From an uncultured Clostridia bacterium (GTDB taxonomy: Bacteria; Bacillota; Clostridia; TANB77; CAG-508): a DNA stretch of 64,000 nucleotides. The notes beneath the pieces were generated by a model. The model searched no databases and was not told the origin of the DNA. It was given only the letters and a program-made list of their open reading frames with translations. The DNA is taken from the NCBI GenBank assembly GCA_944392805.1, contig CALXXZ010000006.1, positions 21,587 to 85,586 of the forward strand, in the 5' to 3' direction. A program made the translations under genes and the position numbers. Positions 18,958 to 29,640 of the stretch are shown piece by piece. The stretch's first letter is position 1, and every line of letters starts with the position of its first letter.

Positions 18958-19827
18958 ATGAAAAAATGTCTATTTACAGGTGTCGCAACTGCACTTGCTA
19001 CTCCTTTTAATGATGAAGGAATTAATATTCCAGAATTTGAAAAGTTCATAAATTTTCAAATAGAATCTGGTGTTGATGCTTTAGTTGTTTGTGGTACTAC
19101 TGGAGAATCTAGTACAATGACTAAAAATGAAAAAATTGAAGCTATTAAATGTGCTGTAAGCATAACTAAAAAAAGAATTCCTGTAATTGCTGGAACTGGT
19201 TCAAATAATACATCTTCTGCTATTGAAATGTCAAAAATCGCAGAAATTCTTGGAGCTGATGGACTTTTAGTTGTTACACCATATTATAACAAAACTACTC
19301 AAAAAGGATTAATCGAGCATTTTAAAGCAATTGCAACTTCCGTTTCAATTCCTATCATTTTATATAATGTTCCTAGTAGGACTGGTATGAATATTCTTCC
19401 AGAAACATGTTTTGAACTTTCTAAAATTGATAATATTGTTGGAATTAAAGAAGCTAGTGGTAACATTTCACAAGTTGCTAAAATTGCACATCTTTGTGGT
19501 GATGATTTTGCTATATATTCTGGTAATGATGACCAAATTTTACCAATACTTTCTTTTGGCGGAAAAGGTGTAATTTCTGTTCTTTCTAATGTTGCTCCAG
19601 AACTCACATGCAGTATCACTAATTCATTTTTTAAAAATGCTATCGCAGAAGCTTGTCATTATCAGTTAGAAGCTCTGCCTTTAATTGAAGCATTATTTGC
19701 TGAAACTAATCCTATTCCTGTTAAAGAGGCAATTAATTTGTTAGGTTTCGATTTTGGTAAGCCTAGACTTCCTTTAGTTGAGTGTTCTTCTGAGCTTAAA
19801 GACATCTTAAAACAACAAATGCACTAA
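18958..19827 (+). CDS. dapA: 4-hydroxy-tetrahydrodipicolinate synthase
   Basis: 289 aa. TPF...GVDALVVCGTTGES and the Schiff-base lysine region (IVGIKEASG) are characteristic. It follows asd immediately. Confidence 0.9.
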   Translation: MKKCLFTGVATALATPFNDEGINIPEFEKFINFQIESGVDALVVCGTTGESSTMTKNEKIEAIKCAVSITKKRIPVIAGTGSNNTSSAIEMSKIAEILGADGLLVVTPYYNKTTQKGLIEHFKAIATSVSIPIILYNVPSRTGMNILPETCFELSKIDNIVGIKEASGNISQVAKIAHLCGDDFAIYSGNDDQILPILSFGGKGVISVLSNVAPELTCSITNSFFKNAIAEACHYQLEALPLIEALFAETNPIPVKEAINLLGFDFGKPRLPLVECSSELKDILKQQMH

Positions 19828-19845
19828 AGGGGACTGTCCCCTTTT
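19826..19845. terminator. Bidirectional hairpin terminator (GGGGAC..GTCCCC type)
   Basis: aaaggggactgtcccctttt lies between convergent dapA and the 19851..20642 gene. Confidence 0.7.
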
Positions 19846-19850
19846 GCGCA

Positions 19851-20642
19851 TTATTTATCATTCTTCTTATATAATTTTTGAAAATTTTGTTTTGAATTAT
19901 CTAATATACCTCTAATTTCAGCTTTTGAGCTATCAATTTTAGCTCTCCATTCATTTTTAGACTCTTCGAACTTCTTTTTTAACTCTTCCCAACTATAAAA
20001 TTTAACATTATCTTTTATTCTAGGGAAGGCATTAACAAGTCTTCTATATAAGCGAGATTTCTTCAAAATAATTTTCTTTACTTTCTCGGAAATCTCATCA
20101 GTATTATCTTTTAGTTCCTTTTTAACCACTTTCAAATTCAAAATGATTTTAAAAGAAACTGCAATATCTGCAATAAATAATACTACAAGAATTCCTAACA
20201 AAATATTCATAACTATATCTGGAACCATATTAATTAAATTTAACAAAAATGGATTTACTATATAAACAATTATACATCCTGCTATTCCAAATGGAATTAA
20301 ATTTTCTAAACACACACGGCCATTTATGTTAAACTTTCTATCACTATAGTCCCACCATCTAGCTTTAAAAATTTTCTCCATCAAATAACTTGTCAAATAT
20401 TCTAGTATTCCACATATAATTAATGACATAAAAAATGTTATTATTACATCATCTGTATATTTTCTTAGGAGTATTGTTATTAGCAATACTCCACATCCAT
20501 ATATTGGACAATATGGTCCAATAAGAAATCCTCTATCTACAAATTTCTTTTCTTTACTTGATACTCTTATTACTTCCATTAGCCATCCAGCAAATGAATA
20601 TATGAAAAATAATGCAATATATTGTTCAATATCTCTTATCAT
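19851..20642 (-). CDS. Polytopic membrane protein (putative ABC-transporter type IV / DUF1113-like) with a C-terminal coiled-coil tail
   Basis: 263 aa with about six transmembrane helices. Motifs GWLMEVI and RWWDYSDRKFNINGRVCLENLIPFG resemble the PF06541 family. Confidence 0.4.
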   Translation of the reverse strand: MIRDIEQYIALFFIYSFAGWLMEVIRVSSKEKKFVDRGFLIGPYCPIYGCGVLLITILLRKYTDDVIITFFMSLIICGILEYLTSYLMEKIFKARWWDYSDRKFNINGRVCLENLIPFGIAGCIIVYIVNPFLLNLINMVPDIVMNILLGILVVLFIADIAVSFKIILNLKVVKKELKDNTDEISEKVKKIILKKSRLYRRLVNAFPRIKDNVKFYSWEELKKKFEESKNEWRAKIDSSKAEIRGILDNSKQNFQKLYKKNDK

Positions 20643-20665
20643 AATTTCTCCTTACCATTAAGCTG

Positions 20666-23600
20666 TTATACTTGTGAAGTTTCTTTTTCTTTATTTTCTT
20701 TTTCTAAAGCTTTTTTCTCTTTTTGTTTCATTTTTAGATTGTCCTTTGCAACAGTCATAAGAAGTTTAATTCTATTTGTTTGATTTGATTCACTTGCACC
20801 TGGGTCATAATCAACAGGTACAATGTTTGCTTCAGGGAATTTATCTCTAATAGTTTTTATTACGCCTTTTCCTACAACATGGTTTGGTAAACATGCAAAT
20901 GGTTGAACACATACTATATTTGGAATATCATTTTCCATATATTCAAGCATTTCTGCAGTTAAGAACCATCCTTCTCCTGTTTGATTTCCTGTTGATAATA
21001 CTGATTTTACGTTATCAGCTAAATGCCATATGTCTGATGGTGGTAAATATCCTTTTTTTGATTTTGCTAAAGCTTTTCGAGAGTCTTTTTCAAAAGCTTC
21101 TATTAATTTTATTGCCATATCAAATATAAATGCTTTTTTGTTGTCATTTTTTAACATTTGATTTGATATTACTTTATTACTTGCTATGAATTTTATAAAT
21201 CCCATAAAGTCTGGTAAAATTACTTCTGCTCCCTCTTTTTCTAGTAAGTTTGCTACAAAGTTATTTCCAAATGGATGATATTTTATTAAAATTTCTCCTA
21301 CTATTCCTACTTTTGGTTTTTCTTTACTTGTATCTAGTTTGATTTTTTCGAAATCTTTTACTATTTGATAAATACTTTGAGAAAATTCTTTTGATTTGCT
21401 TTTTACTGCAAGTTTTTTTGCTTTTTCCATCCATTCATCAAATAATTTCTGTGTTTCACCTTTGTTTACTTCATATGGTCTATTTTTATATAGCATTTTT
21501 TGTAATAAATCACCATATATCATTGCTTTTAAAAGTTTTTCTACTAATGGTAATGTTAGTTTAAATCCTGGATTTTTTTCCATTCCTACAACATTAAATG
21601 ATATTACTGGTACTTGCTCAAATCCTGCATCTTTTAATGCTTTACGTATAAATCCTATGTAATTTGTTGCTCTACATCCTCCACCTGTTTGAGACATTAT
21701 TAATGCTGTTTTATTTACATCATATTCTCCTGACTCAAGTGCCTCAAGCATTTGACCTGTTGTTATTATTGATGGATAACATGCATCATTATTTACATAT
21801 TTTAATCCTGTTTCTATTGTATGTTGTGTACATTCTCTTAATAATTTTGCTTTATATCCTTCACTTTGTAATATAGGTTCAATAAATTCAAAATGTATTG
21901 GTGCCATCTGTGGTATTAAAATTGTATAATCTTTTTTCATTTCTTCTGTAAATGCTATTCTGTTTAAATGATAATCTCCACTTGGCTTTTCTGTTATTTT
22001 TGCATTTAAACGTTTATTTATACTTGCAAGTAATGAACGTAAACGTATTCTTACTGCTCCTAAGTTGTTTACTTCATCTATTTTAATTAGTGTATACATT
22101 TTTCCGAAACTTGTTAAAATTTCTTCTACTTGGTCTGTTGTTACTGCATCAACACCACAACCAAATGAATTTATTTGAACTAGCTCTAAATTATCATGTC
22201 TTCCTACAAAGTCTGCAGCTGCATATAGTCTTGAATGGAATACCCATTGGTCAACTACACGAAGTGGTCTTTCTGGAAGTGTTTTATCTGAAACACTATC
22301 TTCTGTTAGTACACACATTCCTAAGCTTGTTATTAATGTATCTATTCCATGATTTATTTCTGGGTCTACATGATATGGTCTACCTGCTAGTACTATTCCT
22401 TTTAAATTATTTTTCTCAATATATTCAAGTGTTTCTTTTCCTTTATTATGAATATCTTGTCTACATTTTTGATATTCTTCTTCAGCTTTTGCTATAGCTT
22501 GTTTTAATTCTTTTTTAGTAAAGTGATATTCCTTAAATTCATCTAATTCTAACATTCTTTCCATTAATTGTTTTTGTTCAAATGGTAAAAATGGATTTAT
22601 GAATTTTACATCTTCTGCTTTTAACTCTTCTATATTATTTTTTAATACCTCAGAATATGATATTACTATTGGACAATTATATCTGTTATTACTATCCTTA
22701 AATTCCTTTCTTGAGTATGGCATACATGGATAAAATATTGTTTTTATTCCTTTTTGTAATAAACTCATTACATGTCCATGTGAAAGTTTTGCTGGATAAC
22801 ATACTGATTCTGATGGCATTGATTCCATACCTTTTTCATATATTTTTCTTGTACTTTTTTCTGAAATTATTACTCTAAATCCTAAGTTTGTAAATAATGT
22901 GAACCAGAATGGATAATCTTCATACATATTTAATACTCTTGGTATTCCTATTGTTCCTCTTGGTGCATCTTTTTCTTCTAATGGTGTATATCCAAATATT
23001 CTTTCATATTTATATTTTACAAGGTTTGGAAGTTCTTTTTCATTACTTATTATTCCTTCTCCTTTTTCACACCTATTTCCTGATATATGTCTTTTTCCAT
23101 TACTGAATTTGTTTATTGTTAATTGACAATGATTTTCACATCCATTACATCTTGTATGACTTACTTTTATATCTAATTTATTAATTTGTTCTATTGTAGA
23201 TATTGTAGATTTATATTCCATATCCATATTTGCTTCATATTGTTCACATGCTAAAAGAGCAATTCCATATGCACCCATTAATCCTGCAATATCTGGTCTT
23301 ATTACATTTCTTCCAACTATTAATTCAAATGCTCTTAATACTGCTTCATTATAAAATGTTCCACCTTGTACAACTATGTGGCTTCCTAATTTTTTTACAT
23401 CTCTTATTTTCATTACTTTTTGTATTGCATTTTTTATTACTGAATATGATAGTCCTGCTGAAATATCACCTACTGAATATCCTTCTTTTTGTGCTTGTTT
23501 TATTTTTGAATTCATAAATACAGTACATCTTGAGCCTAAGTCTACTGGATTTATTGCACTTAATGCTTCATTTACAAATTCTTCAATACTTAAATTTAAG

Positions 23601-24976
23601 CTTTTTGCAAATGTTTCTATAAATGAACCACAACCTGATGAACATGCTTCATTTAACATGATATTGTCTATTGTGTTATTTTTTAGTTTTATGTATTTCA
23701 TGTCTTGTCCACCAATATCAACTATACTTGTTACTTTTGGTTCAAATTTTTTGGCTGCAGTATAATGTGCTATTGTTTCTATTTCGTTTAAGTCTACATT
23801 TAATGCTGTTTGTATTAATTTTTCTCCATATCCTGTTACTCCACTATATCTTATGATTGCTTCTTTTGGTAATACAGCATATAGTTCTTTTAACATTTCA
23901 ATTATACTGTCTAATGGTTTTCCTTCATTACTTTTATATGATGAATAAAGTAGTGTTCCATCTCTATCAGTTACTACAAGTTTTGAAGTTGTTGAACCAG
24001 CGTCTATTCCTATGAAACAATCTCCTTTATGTTCAGCTAATGGTTTTTTTGGAACTTGTGCTTTTGCATGTCTTTCTTTAAATTCTTGATATTCTACATT
24101 TGTTGTAAATAATGGTTTTAATGGTTGTGTAGTCATATCTTTTGAAACTTTTAATACTTGTATTTTACTTTTTAATTTTTCTACACTTATAGGCTCCATA
24201 TCTTTTGCATCTAGACATGCTCCTTTTGCAACTAACAAGTGTGCTTCTTCTGGTACTATTGTTTGTTCAGGTGTTAAATGCAATGTTTCTACAAATCTTT
24301 TTCTTAATTCTGGTAAATATGTTAATGGTCCTCCTAAAAATGCTACATTTCCTCTAATTGGTCTACCACAAGCTAATCCTGATATAGTTTGATTTACAAC
24401 TGCTTGTAAAATAGATACAGCTATATCTTCTTTTGCTGCACCTTCATTTAATAATGGTTGTACATCTGTTTTTGCAAATACTCCACAACGTGATGCTATT
24501 GGATATATTGTTTGATATCCTTTTGCTAATTCATTTAATCCTGCTGTATCTGTATTTAATAATGATGCCATTTGGTCTAGAAATGCTCCTGTTCCTCCTG
24601 CACATGTTCCATTCATACGTTGTTCAATTGACCTTCCAAAATAAATTATTTTAGCATCTTCTCCACCTAATTCTATTACTACATCTGTTTTTGGTATATA
24701 TTTTTCTACTGCTCTTTTACATGCTACTACTTCTTGGATAAATGGTACGTCTAAGAATTGAGCTGTACTCATTGCTCCTGAACCTGTTAGTGCTATTGTA
24801 AAATCATTGTTTTTGTATTTTTCTACTAATTCTTCTAATACTTTACAAACTGTATTTTTTGTATCTGAATAATGTCTTTCATAAGATGTATATATTTCTT
24901 CTAGCTTTTCATTCATTACTGCTATTTTTACTGTGGTTGAACCCACATCCATTCCTATATGTATTACCTTATTCAT
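20666..24976 (-). CDS. Giant fusion protein: two BadF/BadG/BcrA/BcrD-type (HgdC-like) CoA-enzyme activase ATPase domains fused to a 2-hydroxyacyl-CoA dehydratase-like (DUF2229) domain
   Basis: 1436 aa. N-terminus MNKVIHIGMDVGSTTVKIAVM..., and a second copy near residue 320 (CFIGIDAGSTTSKLVV) carries the acetate/sugar-kinase-like phosphate-1 motif of the activase family. Cys-rich segments (CNGCENHCQL...) are present. The C-terminal ~600 aa is dehydratase-like. Confidence 0.65.
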   Translation of the reverse strand: MNKVIHIGMDVGSTTVKIAVMNEKLEEIYTSYERHYSDTKNTVCKVLEELVEKYKNNDFTIALTGSGAMSTAQFLDVPFIQEVVACKRAVEKYIPKTDVVIELGGEDAKIIYFGRSIEQRMNGTCAGGTGAFLDQMASLLNTDTAGLNELAKGYQTIYPIASRCGVFAKTDVQPLLNEGAAKEDIAVSILQAVVNQTISGLACGRPIRGNVAFLGGPLTYLPELRKRFVETLHLTPEQTIVPEEAHLLVAKGACLDAKDMEPISVEKLKSKIQVLKVSKDMTTQPLKPLFTTNVEYQEFKERHAKAQVPKKPLAEHKGDCFIGIDAGSTTSKLVVTDRDGTLLYSSYKSNEGKPLDSIIEMLKELYAVLPKEAIIRYSGVTGYGEKLIQTALNVDLNEIETIAHYTAAKKFEPKVTSIVDIGGQDMKYIKLKNNTIDNIMLNEACSSGCGSFIETFAKSLNLSIEEFVNEALSAINPVDLGSRCTVFMNSKIKQAQKEGYSVGDISAGLSYSVIKNAIQKVMKIRDVKKLGSHIVVQGGTFYNEAVLRAFELIVGRNVIRPDIAGLMGAYGIALLACEQYEANMDMEYKSTISTIEQINKLDIKVSHTRCNGCENHCQLTINKFSNGKRHISGNRCEKGEGIISNEKELPNLVKYKYERIFGYTPLEEKDAPRGTIGIPRVLNMYEDYPFWFTLFTNLGFRVIISEKSTRKIYEKGMESMPSESVCYPAKLSHGHVMSLLQKGIKTIFYPCMPYSRKEFKDSNNRYNCPIVISYSEVLKNNIEELKAEDVKFINPFLPFEQKQLMERMLELDEFKEYHFTKKELKQAIAKAEEEYQKCRQDIHNKGKETLEYIEKNNLKGIVLAGRPYHVDPEINHGIDTLITSLGMCVLTEDSVSDKTLPERPLRVVDQWVFHSRLYAAADFVGRHDNLELVQINSFGCGVDAVTTDQVEEILTSFGKMYTLIKIDEVNNLGAVRIRLRSLLASINKRLNAKITEKPSGDYHLNRIAFTEEMKKDYTILIPQMAPIHFEFIEPILQSEGYKAKLLRECTQHTIETGLKYVNNDACYPSIITTGQMLEALESGEYDVNKTALIMSQTGGGCRATNYIGFIRKALKDAGFEQVPVISFNVVGMEKNPGFKLTLPLVEKLLKAMIYGDLLQKMLYKNRPYEVNKGETQKLFDEWMEKAKKLAVKSKSKEFSQSIYQIVKDFEKIKLDTSKEKPKVGIVGEILIKYHPFGNNFVANLLEKEGAEVILPDFMGFIKFIASNKVISNQMLKNDNKKAFIFDMAIKLIEAFEKDSRKALAKSKKGYLPPSDIWHLADNVKSVLSTGNQTGEGWFLTAEMLEYMENDIPNIVCVQPFACLPNHVVGKGVIKTIRDKFPEANIVPVDYDPGASESNQTNRIKLLMTVAKDNLKMKQKEKKALEKENKEKETSQV

Positions 24977-25179
24977 ATAACCTCTCCTATTATAAATTCA
25001 TTCATAATGGCTAATATATCATATATGCAATTTTTTTTCAAGTTATGCCATTCGATTTTTTTCGACATTTTTTATTATACAATACTTTTGTGAATTTAGT
25101 GTGAATTTTTTTACCAGAGTGGCACTCCTTTTTTATCTAAAAAATACCAAAGGAAATAAGTTCCCTCTGGTAAATCTTC

Positions 25180-27783
25180 TTATTCAGTTCTTAGAGCTTC
25201 AACCGGGTCACGTTTTGCTGCAAATCTTGCTGGAATTAAACCTGCAACCATAGTCAAAATAACACTAATAGCAACTAAAATTATTGCTCCAACTACTGGC
25301 AATTTTGCAATATTTGAAATTCCAAACATTGAATTAATTACTAGGTTAATTGGTATATCTATTAATAATGTCACACCTATTCCAAGTAAACCTGCAACAA
25401 GACCTACAATTAAAGTTTCTGCATTAAATACTCTTGAAACATCTTTTTTAGATGCTCCTATACTACGAAGAATTCCTATTTCTTTAGTTCTTTCAAGAAC
25501 TGAAATATATGTTATAATTCCTATCATTATAGAAGATACTACTAAAGAAATTCCAACAAATGCTATTAATACATAACTAATTACATCTATAATTGTTGAT
25601 ATCGAATCCATCATAATTCCTACAACATCAGTATAACTTATAATATTTTCATCTTTTCCTTCTTCTGTTTGTCTATTATTATAATCTGTTATAATATTTG
25701 AAATATTATCTTTTGCATCAAAATCTTTAGGATAGATATTTATTGCACTTGGTTTATTTAAGTCAACTACACCTAGTTTTGTTAAATTTGAATCATATGT
25801 TGCTTGCGCATTTTCTGTATATGTTTGTAAAAGTTCTGCTAATTCTTCTTCTGAAAGAGAAGCCATATATGCTCTTTGTTCATCTGTTAATTGTGAATAA
25901 TCAAATGTGCCATTAGTATCTTCTGGAAATGCTGTACCTGTAAATACATTTATTTCTGGGTTTGCTTTTTGTTCTTTTACAATTTCTGCTTCATTAATTT
26001 TGTTTATAACATATTCTTTTAGTTGTTTATTATATCCAACAAGTCCTGCTCCTGAAGATGATACTGTTTCTCCATTTGGTTTTATTATTCCAACAATTTT
26101 TATTTCTTCTGCATTTTTTACAAGTTCTTTCATATATTCTTTGTTATCTGACATGTCTTGCCATGTATTACCTACTTTTTTATAATAGTCTGTGTTTAAT
26201 AAAACTTTAAATTTATGATTTAAAATTTCATCATAAGTAAAACTTTCTTCTCCTTCACTTGTTTTTACTTCTTCTCCATTTTGTATCTTTTCCATTGCAT
26301 TACTTAATTCATTTACATCTTTTAATCCTAAAGAATATAATGTGTAATCACTTATCTCATTATTTTCATCTACAATTAATACAACTTCATTATAATTTTG
26401 GGGCCATTGACCTGCTAATACATCATATTGTGATTCAAGTAGTTGTTGATTATCTAACATTTCTGTCCATACATCAGTTTCTGTCATCATCATTCCACCT
26501 GACATCATTGAACTTGATTCTTGTTGAGCTTGAACCATATCTCCAAACCCTAATTTATCGAATACAATACTTGGATTTACTTGTTGTATGTTTCCTTCAT
26601 TATCTTGTGTATATATGTTTAAATCTAAATTATAACTATATTGTATTGAATTGATATTTTCTTGCATTCCTGCATCATTTTCTATGAATTTTTTAAATTC
26701 TTCTAAGTTATTAGTCTGTATTTTTGTTGATACAGTTTCTAATATATTATTTACTATTTCTCTAGAGTAAATTTTTCCTTCTTCATGATTAATTTCTTCG
26801 CCATTTCCCATCATCGATTCCATTAAACTTGACATATCTATTGTTGATTCTTGAATTGTGATTGGATATGATGATAATGTATCTTCTTCTACTCTATTTA
26901 TATAGCTTTGCATTCCATGTGATAATGATAGTATTAATGCAATTCCTATTATTCCTATACTTCCTGCAAATGATGTTAAAAATGTTCTTCCTTTTTTAGT
27001 CATTAAATTATTTAGACTTAAATGTATTGCTGTTTTGAATTTCATTGAAGCTTTTCCTGCTTTTTCTTTTTTAGTACGTGCTCTATCTAAGTCCTTTTTA
27101 GTTGCTTTATATGGATCTGAATCATCAGTTACTTTTCCATCTAATAATTTTATTATTCTTGTTGAATATTTTTCTGCAAGTTCTGGATTATGTGTTACCA
27201 TTATTATTAATTTATCTTTCGAAATTTCTTTTAAGATTTCCATTACTTGCACACTTGTAGATGAATCTAATGCTCCTGTTGGCTCATCTGCTAAAAGTAT
27301 ATCAGGGTCATTTACTAATGCTCTTGCAATCGCAACTCTTTGCATCTGTCCACCTGACATTTGGTTAGGCTTTTTATTTATTTGGTCTCCTAATCCTACT
27401 TTTTCTAGTGCTTCTATTGCTCTTTTTCTTCTTTCTTCTTTACTTACTCCTGATATTGTTAGTGCTAATTCTACATTTGACAATACTGTTTGATGTGGTA
27501 TTAGATTATAACTTTGAAATACAAAACCTATTGAATGATTTCTATATGTATCCCAATCTTTATCTTTAAATTCCTTAGTTGATTTTCCATTTATTATTAA
27601 ATCTCCTGTTGTATATCTATCTAATCCTCCAATTATATTTAATAATGTAGTTTTTCCACAACCACTTTGACCTAGTATTGAGACAAATTCACTCTCTCTA
27701 AACTCTAAGTCTATTCCTTTTAATGCCTTTACTTCATTTTCTCCTGATAAGTAATTTTTCGTTATATTTTTTAATTGTAACAT
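25180..27783 (-). CDS. ABC transporter with fused ATP-binding domain and FtsX-type permease (MacB-like)
   Basis: 867 aa. Walker A GQSGCGKTT, signature MSGGQMQRVAIARAL and Walker B ILLADEPTGALD are at the N-terminus. A large extracytoplasmic domain and a C-terminal FtsX four-transmembrane bundle follow. Confidence 0.8.
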   Translation of the reverse strand: MLQLKNITKNYLSGENEVKALKGIDLEFRESEFVSILGQSGCGKTTLLNIIGGLDRYTTGDLIINGKSTKEFKDKDWDTYRNHSIGFVFQSYNLIPHQTVLSNVELALTISGVSKEERRKRAIEALEKVGLGDQINKKPNQMSGGQMQRVAIARALVNDPDILLADEPTGALDSSTSVQVMEILKEISKDKLIIMVTHNPELAEKYSTRIIKLLDGKVTDDSDPYKATKKDLDRARTKKEKAGKASMKFKTAIHLSLNNLMTKKGRTFLTSFAGSIGIIGIALILSLSHGMQSYINRVEEDTLSSYPITIQESTIDMSSLMESMMGNGEEINHEEGKIYSREIVNNILETVSTKIQTNNLEEFKKFIENDAGMQENINSIQYSYNLDLNIYTQDNEGNIQQVNPSIVFDKLGFGDMVQAQQESSSMMSGGMMMTETDVWTEMLDNQQLLESQYDVLAGQWPQNYNEVVLIVDENNEISDYTLYSLGLKDVNELSNAMEKIQNGEEVKTSEGEESFTYDEILNHKFKVLLNTDYYKKVGNTWQDMSDNKEYMKELVKNAEEIKIVGIIKPNGETVSSSGAGLVGYNKQLKEYVINKINEAEIVKEQKANPEINVFTGTAFPEDTNGTFDYSQLTDEQRAYMASLSEEELAELLQTYTENAQATYDSNLTKLGVVDLNKPSAINIYPKDFDAKDNISNIITDYNNRQTEEGKDENIISYTDVVGIMMDSISTIIDVISYVLIAFVGISLVVSSIMIGIITYISVLERTKEIGILRSIGASKKDVSRVFNAETLIVGLVAGLLGIGVTLLIDIPINLVINSMFGISNIAKLPVVGAIILVAISVILTMVAGLIPARFAAKRDPVEALRTE

Positions 27784-27955
27784 TTTTTCCTCCCTAATTA
27801 AGAATCTTTTGTATTTTATTATATTTTTGTGAACTTTATGTGAAATTTTTATTAATTTTACGTTTATTTTAAAAGATAATACACTTATTTTAAATATTTA
27901 ATTTTTCATGTTTTTTTCTAATTCTTATTGTATAATGATATAAAGGGGGTAACAG

Positions 27956-28423
27956 ATGAAAATTAATATAAATACCAATATAAATAGTAATTTAAAAGAT
28001 GATGAAATTGAAATTATTATAAATGCTTCTAATAATTCTGAATATCTTAATAAAATAATTCAAAATATTCAATCCATTTCTGATAATATAGATACAATTG
28101 TTGGCTCTAAAGATAATAGTTTATCTATTTTGAATGTTCAAGATATTATATGTTTTTATAGTCGAGAGCAAAATAATTATTGTAAAACTAAAAATGGCGA
28201 GTTTCGCATAAAGAAAAAATTGTATGAACTTGAAGAAAGTTTGCCTCAAAAATCTTTTATTAGAATTTCTAATTCTTGTATTGCTAATGTGAATCATATA
28301 GAAAGTTTTGACTTAAGTAAAATAGGAAATATTATTATTAAATTTGTTGATGGCTCTAGTGAATATGTTTCTAAAAGAAAAATTTCAAGCATTATGAAGT
28401 TCTTAAGAGAAAGGGGGAATTAA
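27956..28423 (+). CDS. LytTR-domain DNA-binding protein
   Basis: 155 aa. The C-terminal LytTR motif (IICFYSREQNNYCKTKNGEFRIKKKLYELEESLPQKSFIRISNSCIANVNHIESFD) is present. It is translationally coupled to the next ORF. Confidence 0.7.
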   Translation: MKININTNINSNLKDDEIEIIINASNNSEYLNKIIQNIQSISDNIDTIVGSKDNSLSILNVQDIICFYSREQNNYCKTKNGEFRIKKKLYELEESLPQKSFIRISNSCIANVNHIESFDLSKIGNIIIKFVDGSSEYVSKRKISSIMKFLRERGN

Positions 28424-28424
28424 C

Positions 28425-29600
28425 ATGAAAAATACTTTAAAAAATATTGTTGTTTCTATTTCTATAATCTTTCTTGTTTTGACTTTAAGTTATACTCTCA
28501 TGTACAAGTCTTATAGAATAGAACTTATTAAAATTTTTGAAGAAAACTCTGATTTATATATTTCAAATGATACTATATCTTCTGAAGAATATCATACAAC
28601 CTTAAATAATAATATATTCTATATTTTAAATACTTACATAAATTTATTTATAATTTCTACATGTATTGGTACTTTGATTGGTCTATTTCGTTCAGTTAAA
28701 GAACTTTCCATTGTAAAATATATACTTTTCTTTATATTTGGATATTTATTATATAGTACTATTTGGACAGAATTTGTAGTTATTGTGAATAAATGTGTTG
28801 GAAATACATATTTTGATAGATTCGACCTTTTTATGAGTGTAGCTCTTATAATATCAGTTTCTTTTATATTAATATATAGTACAATTGTTGCTGGTATTAT
28901 ATTTCATAATAAACATCAAGTAAAAGAGCTAAATGAAAATTTAAAACAACCTAAACCTGTAAAAGATAGTTTTTGGAAAAAGTTTCATTTAAAAAAGATT
29001 TTAATTTTTACATTAATTATAACTATACTTGTTTTTGTATTTGTAATTGCCAGAAGAACTATTATTTTAATTAATTACTCAAAGAAAATGAATGAGTTGT
29101 ATAATTGTGAAAATTATTATTATAAAGAAACTCAAACATCTTCAAATTATACTAGTAGTTCAGAAAGATGGCGTAAAGATGGTATTATTTTATATAAAAC
29201 TGATACTCTTATTGATTACTTTGATTTAAATAATAAAGAAGGTTTTGCATACTATTTAAAAGATAATACTGTTTCTAAATTTAGTGGTGAAGATTTTAAA
29301 TTTTCTATTGGTCACAATCCTTTTATTAATTTTACTAATCAATTCTTTTATGATACAACTGTAACTTTTTGGAGAACATTTTTCTTATCATTTGATGTTA
29401 GTATTGATGAAGATATATATAGTGGAACCAAATGTTATGTTATTAAACGTGATTTTACCCAACTTTATTTAGATAAAAATACTTATCTACCATTACAAAA
29501 AGTTTATCAGGATAATTTTGGTAATAAAGATATTGAAAATTATTATTATGAATTTGGTAATGTTACCGATTCTGATGTTTCTAAACCTATTTTTGATTAG
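28425..29600 (+). CDS. Membrane protein of unknown function (5-6 transmembrane helices plus extracytoplasmic C-terminal domain), partner of the LytTR gene
   Basis: 391 aa. Its ATG overlaps the LytTR stop (ATGA). Confidence 0.35.
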   Translation: MKNTLKNIVVSISIIFLVLTLSYTLMYKSYRIELIKIFEENSDLYISNDTISSEEYHTTLNNNIFYILNTYINLFIISTCIGTLIGLFRSVKELSIVKYILFFIFGYLLYSTIWTEFVVIVNKCVGNTYFDRFDLFMSVALIISVSFILIYSTIVAGIIFHNKHQVKELNENLKQPKPVKDSFWKKFHLKKILIFTLIITILVFVFVIARRTIILINYSKKMNELYNCENYYYKETQTSSNYTSSSERWRKDGIILYKTDTLIDYFDLNNKEGFAYYLKDNTVSKFSGEDFKFSIGHNPFINFTNQFFYDTTVTFWRTFFLSFDVSIDEDIYSGTKCYVIKRDFTQLYLDKNTYLPLQKVYQDNFGNKDIENYYYEFGNVTDSDVSKPIFD

Positions 29601-29602
29601 CA

Positions 29603-29629
29603 AAAGGAGGCTGCAATGTAGCCTCCTTT
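29603..29629. terminator. Bidirectional hairpin terminator
   Basis: aaaggaggctgcaatgtagcctccttt lies between convergent genes. Confidence 0.6.
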
Positions 29630-29640
29630 GTAGTATATTT

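Noticed and set aside
25020-25180. Short direct repeat gtgaattt x2 and a hairpin in the intergenic region upstream of the giant activase gene
   Set aside because: The repeat is too short and too AT-rich to distinguish from chance. The hairpin is adequately explained as the terminator of the MacB-like gene.
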